Shown piece by piece: positions 12,815 to 25,282 of a DNA stretch of 64,000 bases. The position numbers and the translations under genes were made by a program. The notes under the pieces were generated by a model. That model had not been told where the DNA came from. It searched no databases and worked only from the letters and a program-made list of their open reading frames with translations. The stretch comes from Octopus bimaculoides (lineage: Eukaryota). The stretch is from NCBI RefSeq assembly GCF_001194135.2, contig NC_068990.1, positions 56,622,075 through 56,686,074 on the forward strand, read 5' to 3'. How positions within the stretch are numbered: the stretch's first letter is position 1; each line of letters starts with the position of its first letter.

Positions 12815-14488
12815 AACCTCTCCTAGATATGTCCTGTTTGTAATAGTACTAACTCAGCCTTATTGAAAATATTTCTACTGGTCAATTAATCAAATTCTTC
12901 TGTATTTACTGGTTAGGAGATTTCTAATGACATCTGGAAGACAGCTAGCATTCTACTTGATGCTTACAGTCTCCTCATTAAGCTTTCTACAAGGGTAGTG
13001 TTTGCTTGTTATGAAACTTAGGGTCTTCTCCAAGAAATTGATTTAGCTTGTATTATTGGCATCATACCCAGAACATCATGACAGTAAAAATTTACTTTAC
13101 CCCAAAGCAAAGCCTGTGTCTATCCCTGAAAATAAGTCTGCTATGAACCTACAGGCATTATTTATGTTTATTGTTATTTTACCAAGCACATAAAGCTATA
13201 GAAATTTGCAACCAAAGCATCATTATCACGTTCTATCTTTACATCATCCTCGGATGAAGAGCAAGAAAATGAAACGTTAGATTCTTCATTCCTCATAGCA
13301 ATCAAAATTATCAAAGTCTTTTAGAAAATCTTCTGTGGGAAAAATCTTCTGATGCAGAGCATCACCTATTTCCTCAGATTCTCGATTTTTCCCTAAGGAA
13401 ATTTTCTACACTTCTTCCCAGGCAGATTAAATATTAAATAGAAAATGAAGAATGAAACCTAATCACAAGAATCTATATATTTGTGATAAGATAATATTGA
13501 AAATTGGTGAATATATTTTCTTCAATCTTTGAATTATCATGGATTAGGATATCATTCTTAATGAAATGAATTTCCATTGAAATGAAAATCAGCACAACAT
13601 GAGTTAGATAGATATCTTAAAAATGGGTGGATATTCCTTCAACATTCAAAGTTCATTCAAGAAGCAATACTTAAATTAGATCATTATATTTTTAACCCCA
13701 GGCCAAACCTGTGTGAGTAGATTAATGACAAAAGGGAACCCCACAATCACAGTCCTGGTTTAAGGGAAGACTGTCTATTATTTCTAGCAGATGAAATGAC
13801 TGTGCAGAAATTCATTTATTGGGTCATTATTGACTATCATTAATATTGAAATGTATAAAATTATCAAACATATTTAACTTAATAATAGGGAAGATATAAA
13901 GCAGTGAGCTGGCAGAATTATTAGCACTACAGACAAAATGCTTAGCAACATTTCATCCACCATTATAAACTGAGTTCAAATTCTGCCAAGATCAACTTTG
14001 TCTTCCAGCCTTTCAGAGTTGATAAAATAAGTACCAGCAAGTACTGGAGTCGATGTACTCAATAAACTCACAAAATTACTGGCCTTGTGACAAAATCTGA
14101 AACCAGTATTAGGGAAGACAGAAAATTTTGTATAGGATATGATTGGATGGAAAGAGATAGTTATACCAATATATCTAAAATTAGAATATTTTTACTAGAT
14201 ATTATGTAAGCTAATGTAAAGAAGATAACAATTAACAGAATCATCATGTTGTTTAAGTTTTAAGTATCTATTTTTGCAAGGTTGAGTATCCTATAAATAT
14301 AAATTCTGTTTTGTATAATCCTATTATACATGGTTTGCATATTCATATACAATGTAGTTAGAATCCATTCTGAAACAGTCATATTTTTGGTATTCAGGAC
14401 ATGAAATCCATGATATTGAAATGGAATTCTGATTGCAACTCACATCATAATTTATACTCTATACTTTCATTCATCAATGCTAAAGAGC

Positions 14489-14531
<43 letters not shown>

Positions 14532-14544
14532 AGTGAAGGAGAGA

Positions 14545-14900
14545 AAGAGGGATGCCTAAAATAATTGGCAGAGTGGGACACAGCATGGTCACTTGCATAG
14601 TCAATTAGGTTGTACAGGAAGGTATTATATCCAATAACTGGTGTAGTAACAGTTTACACCAGTTACAAGTGGAGAGGAGATGCCCCGAGAAAGAAATTAT
14701 TACAGAGGTATCAAATTGCTGGGCCAGGTCATGAAATTTACAGAAAAATTTAGGAAGAGAGTTAGACTAAATGGGATGCAGTTTGATTTTGTGCCAGGGA
14801 GAAGTACAACTGATGCTCTCTTTCTAGCATCACAGATGCATAAGTATTTAGCCAAAAGTAAATTGCCATATTTGGCATTCATCAACCTGGTGAAATCCTT
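14545..14900 (+). mobile_element. RTE-1-type LINE reverse-transcriptase relic (frameshifted)
   Basis: Reads VVQEGIISNNWCS...YK.RGDA/ERNYYRGIKLLGQVMKFTE...MQFDFVPGRSTTDALF...YLAFINLVK, i.e. the NYRGIKLL, QFGFxPGRSTTDA and FIDLEKA motifs. Confidence 0.88.
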
Positions 14901-15616
14901 ATCTACAAACTTTTATCAATATGACAAAAAAAACAAAAAAAAAAACTGTTGCTTATGTGCATGTAACATTCTAGAAATTATTAAATTTGTGTTAAATTCT
15001 TAAGAGATGATTACTACGAACTGTCACCATTTAAACTATTTTCTCTTCTATAAATACAGTAAACATGCTAATAAAAATTTACCTTCCTGTCTTTCATAGG
15101 ATAACAAATATTCATGATCAGAACTATGTTCTTTTCTACTCGAGGCACAAGGCCCGAAATTTGGGGGGAGGGGGGGCACTTGATTAGATCGACCCGAGTA
15201 CACAACTGGTACTTAATTTATCGACTCCAAAAGGATGAAAGGCAAAGTCGACCTTGGCAGAATTTGAACTCAGAACATAAAGACAGATGAAACACCACTA
15301 AGCATTTCATCCGGCATGCTAATGCTTCTTCCAGCTTGTTGCCTTATGATCAGAACTATATTATTAATATAATGACAATGAGTTTTCAATCATATTATTA
15401 GTTTAACAACATTCTACACATAGATTTATCTCTTCAGATATGGCTGTGTGTTAAGAAGTTTGCTTCCCAACCACATGGTCCCAGGTTCAGTTTTATTATG
15501 TAGAACTTAAGGCAAATCGCTTCTACTATAGCCAAAGCCAACCAAAGCTTTGTGAGTATATTTGGTAAACAAAAACTGAAAGAAGCTTGTCGTATGTATA
15601 CTGACATACAAGAGTT

Positions 15617-15647
<31 letters not shown>

Positions 15648-15989
15648 TTGTACGTACATATATACATACATACAATGTCACATATCTAATATATATATGT
15701 TGTTTAAATGGATTTAGGTTGTGCCATTTCATCCAGGGAAAGTCCCTTTAAAGATGTAGAGTGTTAAAAAATGCAGCATATCCAAAAATTAGGAGAAACG
15801 ACTCACTCCAGAGGTGAATCAGAATGATCAATATTGATAGTTCATTAGTCCGTGAGCTGGCAGACACGTTAGCACATCGGGCGAAATGCTTAGCTGCATT
15901 TTGTCTGTCTTTATGTTATGAGTTCAAATTCCACCAAAGTTGACTTTGACTTTCATCCTTTTACAGTCAAAAAATTATGTATATGTAAA

Positions 15990-16216
15990 TGTGGTTGGAT
16001 TGAGCTGAAAATTTGCACACCAATGTTAAAAGTACTGGTGAGTTTGCATGGCAACTTTGAGTTAGTTCAATTGAAAGGCGTGGCCTCTAGGGCAAAATTC
16101 CTCATCTTTTAAAATGTGGCCCTTGTCGACCCAAATGAAATCGGGTTAAAATACTGAAACAAGTAAAACAATAATAAACTATTTTAATCCCGAGCAAGGC
16201 TGGGTATCTCTGCTAT
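15990..16216 (+). mobile_element. Short non-autonomous Helitron-like element
   Basis: Shares a 5' block (tgtggttggattgagctgaaaatttg) and a ~115-bp 3' end with 16287-17314. It ends in a GC hairpin (cccgagcaaggctggg), 8 nt, then CTAT|T. Confidence 0.65.
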
Positions 16217-16286
16217 TCTAATATATATTTGTGAAAAGGGCAGACGTTGTCTCACATGCAGTTGTGCAGACAAAAGTATTAGTAAC

Positions 16287-17314
16287 TGTGGTTGGATTGA
16301 GCTGAAAATTTGTACACCTATTGAATTCCTCAACAGCCAACTACCTCCCGGACTTCCACCTCATAACCTTACACTGAAGGTTGGTGTTCCAGTTATGCTG
16401 CTGAGAAATGTGGAACCACCAGAACTATGCAACGGTACATGTCTGGTCATCAAAATATTGGGACCTTAATTCTGATGACAACCATTCTGAGTAAACCGTC
16501 TGCTGGCATGACAAAGTTATTAACCTTCATGAGCCTTAGTCCCTCTGCCATGCCATTTGAATTTACGTGATGGCAGTTTCCCGTAAAAATATACTTTGCA
16601 ATGAGCATCAACAAGGCACAGGGACAGTCATTACAAGTAGTTGGCCTAAATCTGACACAGCAGATATTTACGCACAGTCAACTATATATCGGATGCTCCT
16701 GTGTCGGCAGTCCATACAATCTCTTCATTTGTGGTAATCCGTGCAACACCAAGAATGTTGTCTACAAAGAAGCACTGCAATAAAACTTTTGAACCTACCG
16801 CCATTGCTCTCCCATCACTGGAGTCATTGTAACTTTCACCTTCTTCACATTGCGGGCCACCTCTGCAACCTGACCACCTCTGCCAGTCAAACTTCCAACC
16901 CAAGGGTTCACGTCGTGACACTGATTCCACAAAATTATATACAATATGTATATATATGTTCCCATATTGTATCCAAAACATTGTAAGTGCAGTCGTATTA
17001 TACTATTTCAGTTTTGTGTAGAGACCTGATTGGTGTTTTGTGATTTTTTTTTCCAGCATTTTCCCATCATTCTTTGTCCTTCACATCTGCATCCATGAGG
17101 TTTCTCCAATCACTTCTCAAAGACTGTTTAAACAGTTGGCATGCTTCTTTTCATTATCAATTTTTAATAAAATTTTCATTTTTTTTTTTTTGAATTCCTC
17201 GTGATTAAAATGTGGCCTGAGTAGACCCGAATGAAATTGGGTTATAATACCAAAACAAGTAAAACAATAAACTATGCTATTTTAATCTTGAGCAAGGCTA
17301 GGTTTCTCTGCTAG
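16287..17314 (+). mobile_element. Helitron 3' fragment with degenerate PIF1-family helicase C-terminus
   Basis: 16320-16783 reads [29 protein letters not shown]...LCNGT...FAMSINKAQGQSLQVVGLNL...FTHSQLYIGCSCVG...NTKNVVYKEALQ* with stops and frameshifts. The terminus is a hairpin plus CTAG|T at 17311-17315. Confidence 0.92.
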
Positions 17315-17452
17315 TAAATATATATATATATATATATANNNNNNNNNNNNNNNNNNNNNNNNNNNNNNNNNNNNNNNNNNNNNNNNNNNNNNNNNNNNNN
17401 NNNNNNNNNNNNNNNNNNATATATATCATACAAACATCTATATCTGTTTATA

Positions 17453-17485
<33 letters not shown>

Positions 17486-17489
17486 CATT

Positions 17490-17900
17490 GGGAAATATGC
17501 AGTGCTTGAGAAGACCTGTTGAGTCAAGAGAAATCGTAGTTGTGACCGATGCCAGTGATGCTTGACTGGCACATAAAAAGCACCATTCGAGCGTGGACAA
17601 TGCCTGTGCCAGTGGCACATAAAAAGCACCATTCAAGCATGGTCGATGCCAGTGCCACCTAACTGGCTCCCGTGCTGGTGGAATGTAAAAAGCACCATTC
17701 GAGTGTGATCAATGCCAGTGGCATGCAAAAAGAACCCACTACACTCTTGATGTAGTTGGTGGTAGGAAGGGCATCCAGCTGTAGAAGTCTTGTCAGATCA
17801 GATTGGAGCTTGGTGCAGCCTTCTGGCTTGCCAGTCCTCAGTGAAACCATCCAACCCATGCCAGCATAGAAAGCGGATATTAAACAGTGATGATGATGAT
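17490..17900 (+). mobile_element. SINE family C with four internal tandem units
   Basis: Units tggcacataaaaagcaccattcgag at about 17567, 17613, 17678 and 17719; RTE-like tail ccaacccatgccagcatagaaagcggatattaaac...(gat)n. Confidence 0.85.
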
Positions 17901-18973
17901 ATATACATATGTACATGTGTATGAATAAATATGTGCTTCTGTGCATTTACGTTTGTGTGTGAATATGTATGTATGTATATATGTATGTCTAGATTTACAG
18001 AGGTAGATGAAAGCTTTGCAGTCAATACTCTGAAACTCTTTAAAGAATTGTATTCTAAGAAAATACACAGAAAAAAATTAATAGTAAAATAAATGTACAG
18101 ACAAAAAAATATTATCACTGTCAGTAGAATTTATGATCTTATTAATGTTAAATTATTCAAGTGACGGAGTGCATTTCGATGTAAGGGGTTTCAGTGGGAG
18201 TGTGTTGCTGCAATTGTTTGATCGACAATCCTTTTTAAATGAAGCCATTACAGTGTATGTAAATATCTGGAAGAGACTATAATAAGATTTCTAAGTAACA
18301 ATGTAGTGCTGTGGAATCACAGGAAGCCAACAACTTCTCTGATGGACTGAGAAAATAAACTGAATTTATTTGACATAATCTGTTATGGGAAATTTATGAC
18401 TGTAAGTGACCTTAATAAAACATGTAGAAAAAGTAAACCTGTTGTGAAAAATTTAAATTTCAAGTACTTATATGCATTCAATTCTAAGAGAAGTTGGCAT
18501 AACCCACTTTTTTTTTTCTTGAAATTTGTTGTCTCCTGGTGAGTATTGGAAAGGAATAAAAGAAAAACAATGAGAAAACAATAGTTTTAAATATGATTTG
18601 CTATTTTGATTTAAATGTAAATTATGCACATTAATTCCATTTGCAATGTCACTAAGTACAAATTCTGGAAGCATTTGTGTTTTCAGTTTCATCATCAAGC
18701 CAAGGGAACAGCTTTTGTTTGACGTTTGTTTAATCTTTACTATTATAGTACAACATAAGCACAGCTCATGTAATAAAAGATAGTTGGTTAACCAATGAAA
18801 TGGTTTTATATTTTGAAACATTTCCAATTTATGTTGCATGGTCACACAACTGAAATTGTTTTGTATATCATTGTTGATTTAACAAGTGAACTAATTTTCT
18901 AGAAAATCTTTATTCATTATACTAACTCAAATGTTTGTACATATGTATGATTTGGTAGTAGAATAATTTAACT

Positions 18974-20056
18974 CTGTGGCTCTCAACCATTTATTCCCTA
19001 AGGACTCCCTCGATTTCTGTTTCACGTTGGATGGACCCTCATAACTATTTAATGTTTGAAAAATCATATATTTGTTTAATTACGTATTATTAGAAATTTC
19101 ATTTGCATATTTCATTATGGAACCATAATACACTTAGTAGCATATATGTCTTTAATATAATACCAAGAATATTATGGTTGCTTAAAAAATACGGTGTCCC
19201 TGCCAGCAATTAAAAACACTGTTTAAATGAAGGACACATAAGATGATATACTACTGGGTCGACTATGCCTGAAAATGTGATTGGAATGTCATAGCTAGAT
19301 TATCTGATGTGATTGCTTGATCACGGCTAATCTACAGCTAAACACCAACCACCTAATAATTTGATGTAGACTCTACATCAATACTTCTCAATTAATTTTT
19401 TCCTGTGGATCTCTTTCATTCCTGTTTCACATGGATCGATCCTCATAACCACTTGATGTTTAAAAATCATATTATATTTTTATATCCTTAAATGATATTA
19501 GAAATTGCATTAAAAAAATTGCTAGAGTATTTTGTGTCTTGTAGAAGTATAACCAATTTATTGCATACTCTCTCTCTTTTACTTTTTTACTTGTTTCAGT
19601 CATTTGACTGCGGCCATGCTGGAGCACCGCCTTTAGTCGAGCAAATCGACCCCAGGACTTATTCTTTGTAAGCCTAGTACTTATTCTATCGATCTCTTTT
19701 TGCCGAACAGCTAAGTTACGGGGACGTAAACACACCACCATCGGTTGTCAAGCAATGTTGGGGGGACAAACACAGACACACAAACATATACACACACATA
19801 CATATATATATATATACATATATACGACGGGCTTCTTTCAGTTTCCGTTTACTAAATCCACTCACAAGGCTTTGGTCGGCTCAAGGCTATAGTAGAAGAC
19901 ACTTGCCCAAGGTGCCACACAGTGGGACTGAACCCGGAACCATGTGGTTGGTGAGCAAGCTACTTACCACACAGCCACTCCTGCACATATAAATTTTAAT
20001 GACAGAATCTTATATAGATCCCTAAGAGTCATATGGACCCTAGTTGAGAAACACTC
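18974..20056. mobile_element. hAT-type MITE with perfect 8-bp TSD, interrupted by a SINE
   Basis: TIRs ctgtggctctcaac / gttgagaaacactc. ATTTAACT is duplicated at 18966-18973 and 20057-20064. An internal ~60-bp direct repeat lies at 19005-19066 and 19411-19468. A homologous uninterrupted partial copy is at 46262-46746. Confidence 0.88.
19568..19985 (-). mobile_element. SINE family A, full length, young
   Basis: Complete head-to-tail copy retaining many CpGs; absent from the homologous MITE copy at 46.7 kb. Confidence 0.93.
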
Positions 20057-20113
20057 ATTTAACTATTAGAGTTAATTACTTTAGCCATTAACTTTTAACT
20101 AGTGAACTAAACG

Positions 20114-20482
20114 CTGCATTTCAACTGGTAATAAATTTCCAACCAAAAATGAAATATAGGTCTCATTTCAACTGGTTGTATACCCAAATGAAATGTGAAA
20201 TGTTGGCTCCATTTGTTCTGGGAATAGATCCAGATCAAATGTAGAAATTAGACTCCATTTCAGCTGGCAGTAGGCTCAGGTCACATGTGAAATGTGAACT
20301 CCATTTCACTTGGCAATATACCCTGATCAAATGTGAAATGTGGGCTCTGTTTCACCTGACAATATACCCAGGTCAAATATGAAATGTATGTTCCATTTCA
20401 ACTAGTAACAGAGTTAATTTAAATGTAAAATGTATACCTTATTTTACCTGGCAATAAATGCCAAGTCAAATGTGCTGTTTCT
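20114..20482. repeat. Diverged minisatellite: eight units of 46 bp
   Basis: Unit starts at 20114, 20161, 20207, 20253, 20299, 20345, 20391, 20437. Consensus ctccatttca(a/c)ctggcaatatacccaggtcaaatgtgaaatgtrrr. Confidence 0.92.
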
Positions 20483-20783
20483 ATTTGAAACTGCACATAA
20501 AATATTTTAATAACCAACACTAACTACAGGATATATGCATGCGTTACAAGTATGTACATGTAATATATGTTCTTCTTTTATTCTTTTATTCTTTTACTTG
20601 TTTCAGTCATTTTACAGCAGCCATGCTGGAGCACCACCTCTAGTCGAACGAATCAACCCCAGGACTTATTATTTGTAAGCCTAGTACTTATTTTATTGTT
20701 CTTTTTTGCTGAACCGCTAAGTTATGGGGATGTAAACACACCAGCATTAGTTGCCAAACATACACACACAAACACACATATAC

Positions 20784-20860
<77 letters not shown>

Positions 20861-21698
20861 GCAAAAGAGTTAGGGGTTGAGGATTCAACCCACTAAGGGA
20901 TAGTATCTAACCTTAATTGTTAATACGGTATGGTATGTCATAAGCATCTGTATATTGTGGTTTTTGTCATTTTAGTTACAAAATAAACAAATTAATTCAA
21001 TGGAATACACTGTCTGCAAGTCGATGGATACTGCATATTCTCGTCCATTTTCTTATTGCTATACGACAGGCTTCTTTCAGTTTCCGCCTATCAAATCCAC
21101 TCACAAGGTTTTGGTTGGCCTGAAGATATAGTTTAAAATACTTGCCCAAGGTGCTACAAAATGGGACTGAACCCAGAACCATGTGGTTGGTAAGCAAGCT
21201 ACTTACCACACACCCACTCCTGTGCCACTCCTGTGCCACTCCTGCATGATGTATCTATAAGGATTATATGAAAATAGTAGTTCAAGCAGCTTTTACAGGA
21301 TAGCTTCACCAGTTATTGAAACCATCTTTACCTGGTGAAGTTAGAAAAGAATATCAAAACTGCTTATTTTGTTGAGTTAATAATGAAAATAGTTAAAATG
21401 AATAGATATCTTGCCTGATATAGACTATGAGTAACAAGACACTTGACAATTAATGTGATTATACCATTAAGTATGTACACACACACACATGCACAAGCAT
21501 ATATACATATGCATGTATGTGCGCGTGTGTGTATATATATATATATATCTTGATAGATATATGGATATATGTATGCATCATATATATGTGTATATATTTG
21601 GTTCTCTCTCTCTCGATATATATATATATATATATATAAATACATACATATGTATATATACATGAATAAAAGTATATATGTTTGCATATGTGTATGTA

Positions 21699-21741
<43 letters not shown>

Positions 21742-23557
21742 TAAAAATATATATGTATGCATATGTATATATATATATAGTTACACACACATACATGCAA
21801 TACATTTGCATGCACACACGCACACACACACACACATATGTACACGTATATAAATACATGTGTGTGTTTGTTTGTGTACATGTGTGTGCATACACATGCA
21901 AGAAATGAACAAGTGCAAAGTTTCAAGAAAGTGTTTTGTTCTTCAAATCAGATCTCAAAGATATTCCTTATCTTGTCATCATTAATTAGAAAGCGCCACA
22001 AAGCGGATGACATTGATTTATGTGTTAGGAATAGAATATTTGGAAAATATTGAATCAACAAACTTACTCCTGTTCATTCATGTACTTGGGTGTTGGCTTT
22101 GTTGATTCCTTCCAGTCTGCTCTGATTGAGCAAAACTAGAGTCAAAGGCATTCTAACCATGATCATCCAGCAGTGGGCTGGCAAAATTGTTTGCATCACG
22201 GACGAAATGCTCTGCAACATTTCTTCACCTTTACATTAATCATCATTATCATCATTGTTTTACATCTGCTTTCCATGCTGGCATGGGTTGGACAGTTTGA
22301 CATGGAGCCGGTTATCAGGTAGCTGTCCAGACACTGTTGTCTGTTGTGGCGTGATTTCTATGGCTGGATGCCATTCCTAACCCCAATCACTTAACAGAGT
22401 GTGCTGGGTGCTTTTCACATGCCACTGGCACAGGCAGATATATGCAGTGCTGATATGGGTGCGTTAATGCAGCACTGGCAGGGATGCCTTTTGAGTGGCA
22501 CTGGCACCTGAAAGGTCAAGCCTACATGTGTGGAAGACAGCGATTTTACTTAGCTTGACAAGTCTTCTAAAGTACAGCAAATCGCCACATCTCCCGGTCC
22601 CTTGTCATTTCCTCAGTGAGGCCCAGCACCCAAAGATCCTTTCTGAGTTCAAATTTCACCGAGGTCAATTTTGCCTTTTATCTTTTTTGGGGGTTGATGA
22701 AATAAGTACCAGTTGAATACTGGTGTCGATTTAATCAGCTAACCAGTCCACCCAAAATCTCAGGCCATCTATCTAGAGTAGAAAAGATTATATAGAAAGT
22801 ATAAGAGAAAATTGAATAGCTCTACATTGGATTGTACTAGCAATATTTTCTTAAATACTAGCTGAATAGCCCATTGTTGCTGGGAAATTTTTACAGTAGA
22901 ATGTCTTATATAAACAAAATATAACAAAATCGGATTTAAAGTGGGAAATTATTTCAATATATCAAATTTGAAAATATTGATGTAATTTTAAGATTTCACA
23001 ATTTGTGACAGCAAAAGTAGAGAGACAGACAGTTATAAGATGTCACGCATTTACACACAAACATTTACAAACACCCACACAGGTAAATACAAGTTTAAAA
23101 TGGTGTATAGTAGACATATGTATGTATATATGTATGTATGTATGTATGCATGTATGTATGTATGTACGTATGTATGTATGTATATGTGTGTGTGTGTGTG
23201 TGTGTGAGTGTTAGTGTTTCTTTGCGATGGACAGCAGAAAATCCACCTACCCCTCTCACTTTAAAGCTACGTATTCCTCACACCCACCTTTATTCCTCTC
23301 CTTGGCATTTTAAAATTTACTTATGTGTATATGTATGTGAGTGTGTATGCATGTAGCTATGTATTTATGAAAGTATGTATGCAGCATAGCATGTATATCC
23401 CTGAATGACAGGTGTATTAACGTAATCATCCCACTGCCACTCCAAATTTGTCCCTTATATATATATATATATAGTTAACAAATAAACAGGTAAATGTCTG
23501 CAAGTTGATGAATACCACCTATTCCCCTCCATCTTCTTATTGCTATATATATATATA

Positions 23558-24439
23558 CAGGGTGCAGTGAATAAATTGCTGTCTAAATTACGTAAAAATG
23601 AATATAATACTGACATCTCATTTTAACAGATATATTTACCAAAATTACATAGAGATATCTTGGAATACTAAAGAGTAAATTTATCCAATAAAATCGCAAT
23701 TGGCTTCAACCACGGCCTCCAGACGACTTCGAAATCTCCTGCAACTCTTCTGGATGGTCTCACTGTTTAAATTGGCAAATGCTGCCATAATCCTTGCATT
23801 CAGTTCATCTTTGGTGTTGGAAGGAGTTTTGTTGGTTTCTTGCTCAGTTGCATCTCACACATAATAATGAAAGGGGTACAGTCTGGGAAGTTAGATGACC
23901 AGATGTTAGGGGTGATGTGGTTGCAGAAATTGCCTGACAGACATGACTGGTTTCTCCAGCTTGTGTGGCATGGTGCAGAGTCCTGTTGCCAGTTGTAGGG
24001 TCTTCCAACAGCCAATCTGTTGACCCAAGACAGCACTACCTCCCCTAGGCATTTGATGTAGGCCTCCATATTGAGTCTGAGGCCATGTGGGATGATGAAT
24101 GGAGGCATGACGTCCCCATCACTAGAAATCATTCCAAACACCATGTTGTTGACTGGATGTTTGATTTTTATGTATCTGAATCCTCTGCACTGTCCTCAGA
24201 ATGACACTGAAACACTGAAATTTAGGAAGAGAGTTATTGGAGCTTCCAGCACAATTGCCAAGCAGTACAGCATATCATTTCCTAATTTCTGGCAGAGTGA
24301 ATTGTGTCATGGTGTTGTTTTTCTCACAAACAGTGTCCAACTGACCCTACTATACTGTGTTGCTGACAAAATCAAAGACAAACAATGTGCATGTGCGAAA
24401 TTTAAAATTAAAATGGTAACAATTTACTCATTGCACCCT

Positions 24440-24440
<1 letters not shown>
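23558..24440 (-). mobile_element. Internally deleted DD37D (maT)-like Tc1/mariner transposon with both TIRs and TA TSD
   Basis: TIRs cagggtgcagtgaataaattg / caatttactcattgcaccctg (19/21 match), TA on both sides. Minus strand reads MTQFTLPEI... fused to MVFGMISSDGDVMPPF...WQQDSAPCHTS...NFPDC...RRFRSRLEAVVEAN. The family name comes from motif recall. Confidence 0.9.
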
Positions 24441-24472
<32 letters not shown>

Positions 24473-25238
24473 TAAAGACCATTAATACTTATGAGAGATA
24501 TTAATGTTAGTAGCCACAAGCTAAAGCCGTATAAGCAAAATTATTAGATATATATAAAAAGGAATTATGTATAACAAAGGTACTTTTTTTTAAAAGACAC
24601 CAGCTTTGCTGAACATAGGAGTTAAAACATTTTGAAGCCACAAAAGTTAACATTATATTTACACAGGCATGTTTGGAAAAAAAATGAGTGAATTAAGCAT
24701 TGTTTCATATCCAAACACAGAACTTGATTCTCATGTACAAAGTGATGGAATATCTCTTGCCTTACATGTAGCAAAATTCTTCTTTCGGTGTAACTCTACT
24801 TTGGGTGTTGGAACTGATATTTGGTCATAGCTACAGCTTGCTGCATTTTTGTTGATCACTATTTCTTATTTCCAATTCATTTGGAGGAAGTGTTTATTTG
24901 TTTTTGTTCAGCAAAGAGTTGTGTATTGTTGAATACATAACTTCATTCTCAAGGTACAATTGAAAGAGACATTCAAGTCACTTCTATACACACTTACCCA
25001 AATTTTTAAACATGAACCTGGAAAGTGGATCAAGGATTATTCCAAACTAATGTCTGTTGAAGTTTCCTTCTTCCGATTATCAAATAATTTATACCATATG
25101 CCATGTTTATACAAGACTATGGTAATTTTTAAGTAACAATGGCCTCATTTTACATAGAAAAATAGACTATATTAGATATTGTGAACAGTTTCTTCTCCTG
25201 TGTAGTTCATATACACAGACACATAAACACACACACAT

Positions 25239-25282
<44 letters not shown>

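Noticed and set aside
13180-13400. Acidic protein-like minus-strand reading (RESEEIGDALHQKIFPTEDF.../SSSEDDVKIE)
   Set aside because: Needs a frameshift and has no recognisable motif; at most an unclassifiable TE relic.
18468-18845. 125-aa minus ORF (also 42570-42790 plus frame and 60000-60254)
   Set aside because: No domain motifs, no convincing splice sites, and lengths within chance expectation.
20114-20482. CRISPR interpretation of the 46-bp array
   Set aside because: No unique spacers (the whole unit is repeated), no cas genes, eukaryotic context.
24071-24475. 134-aa plus ORF
   Set aside because: Antisense shadow of the DD37D-like transposase.
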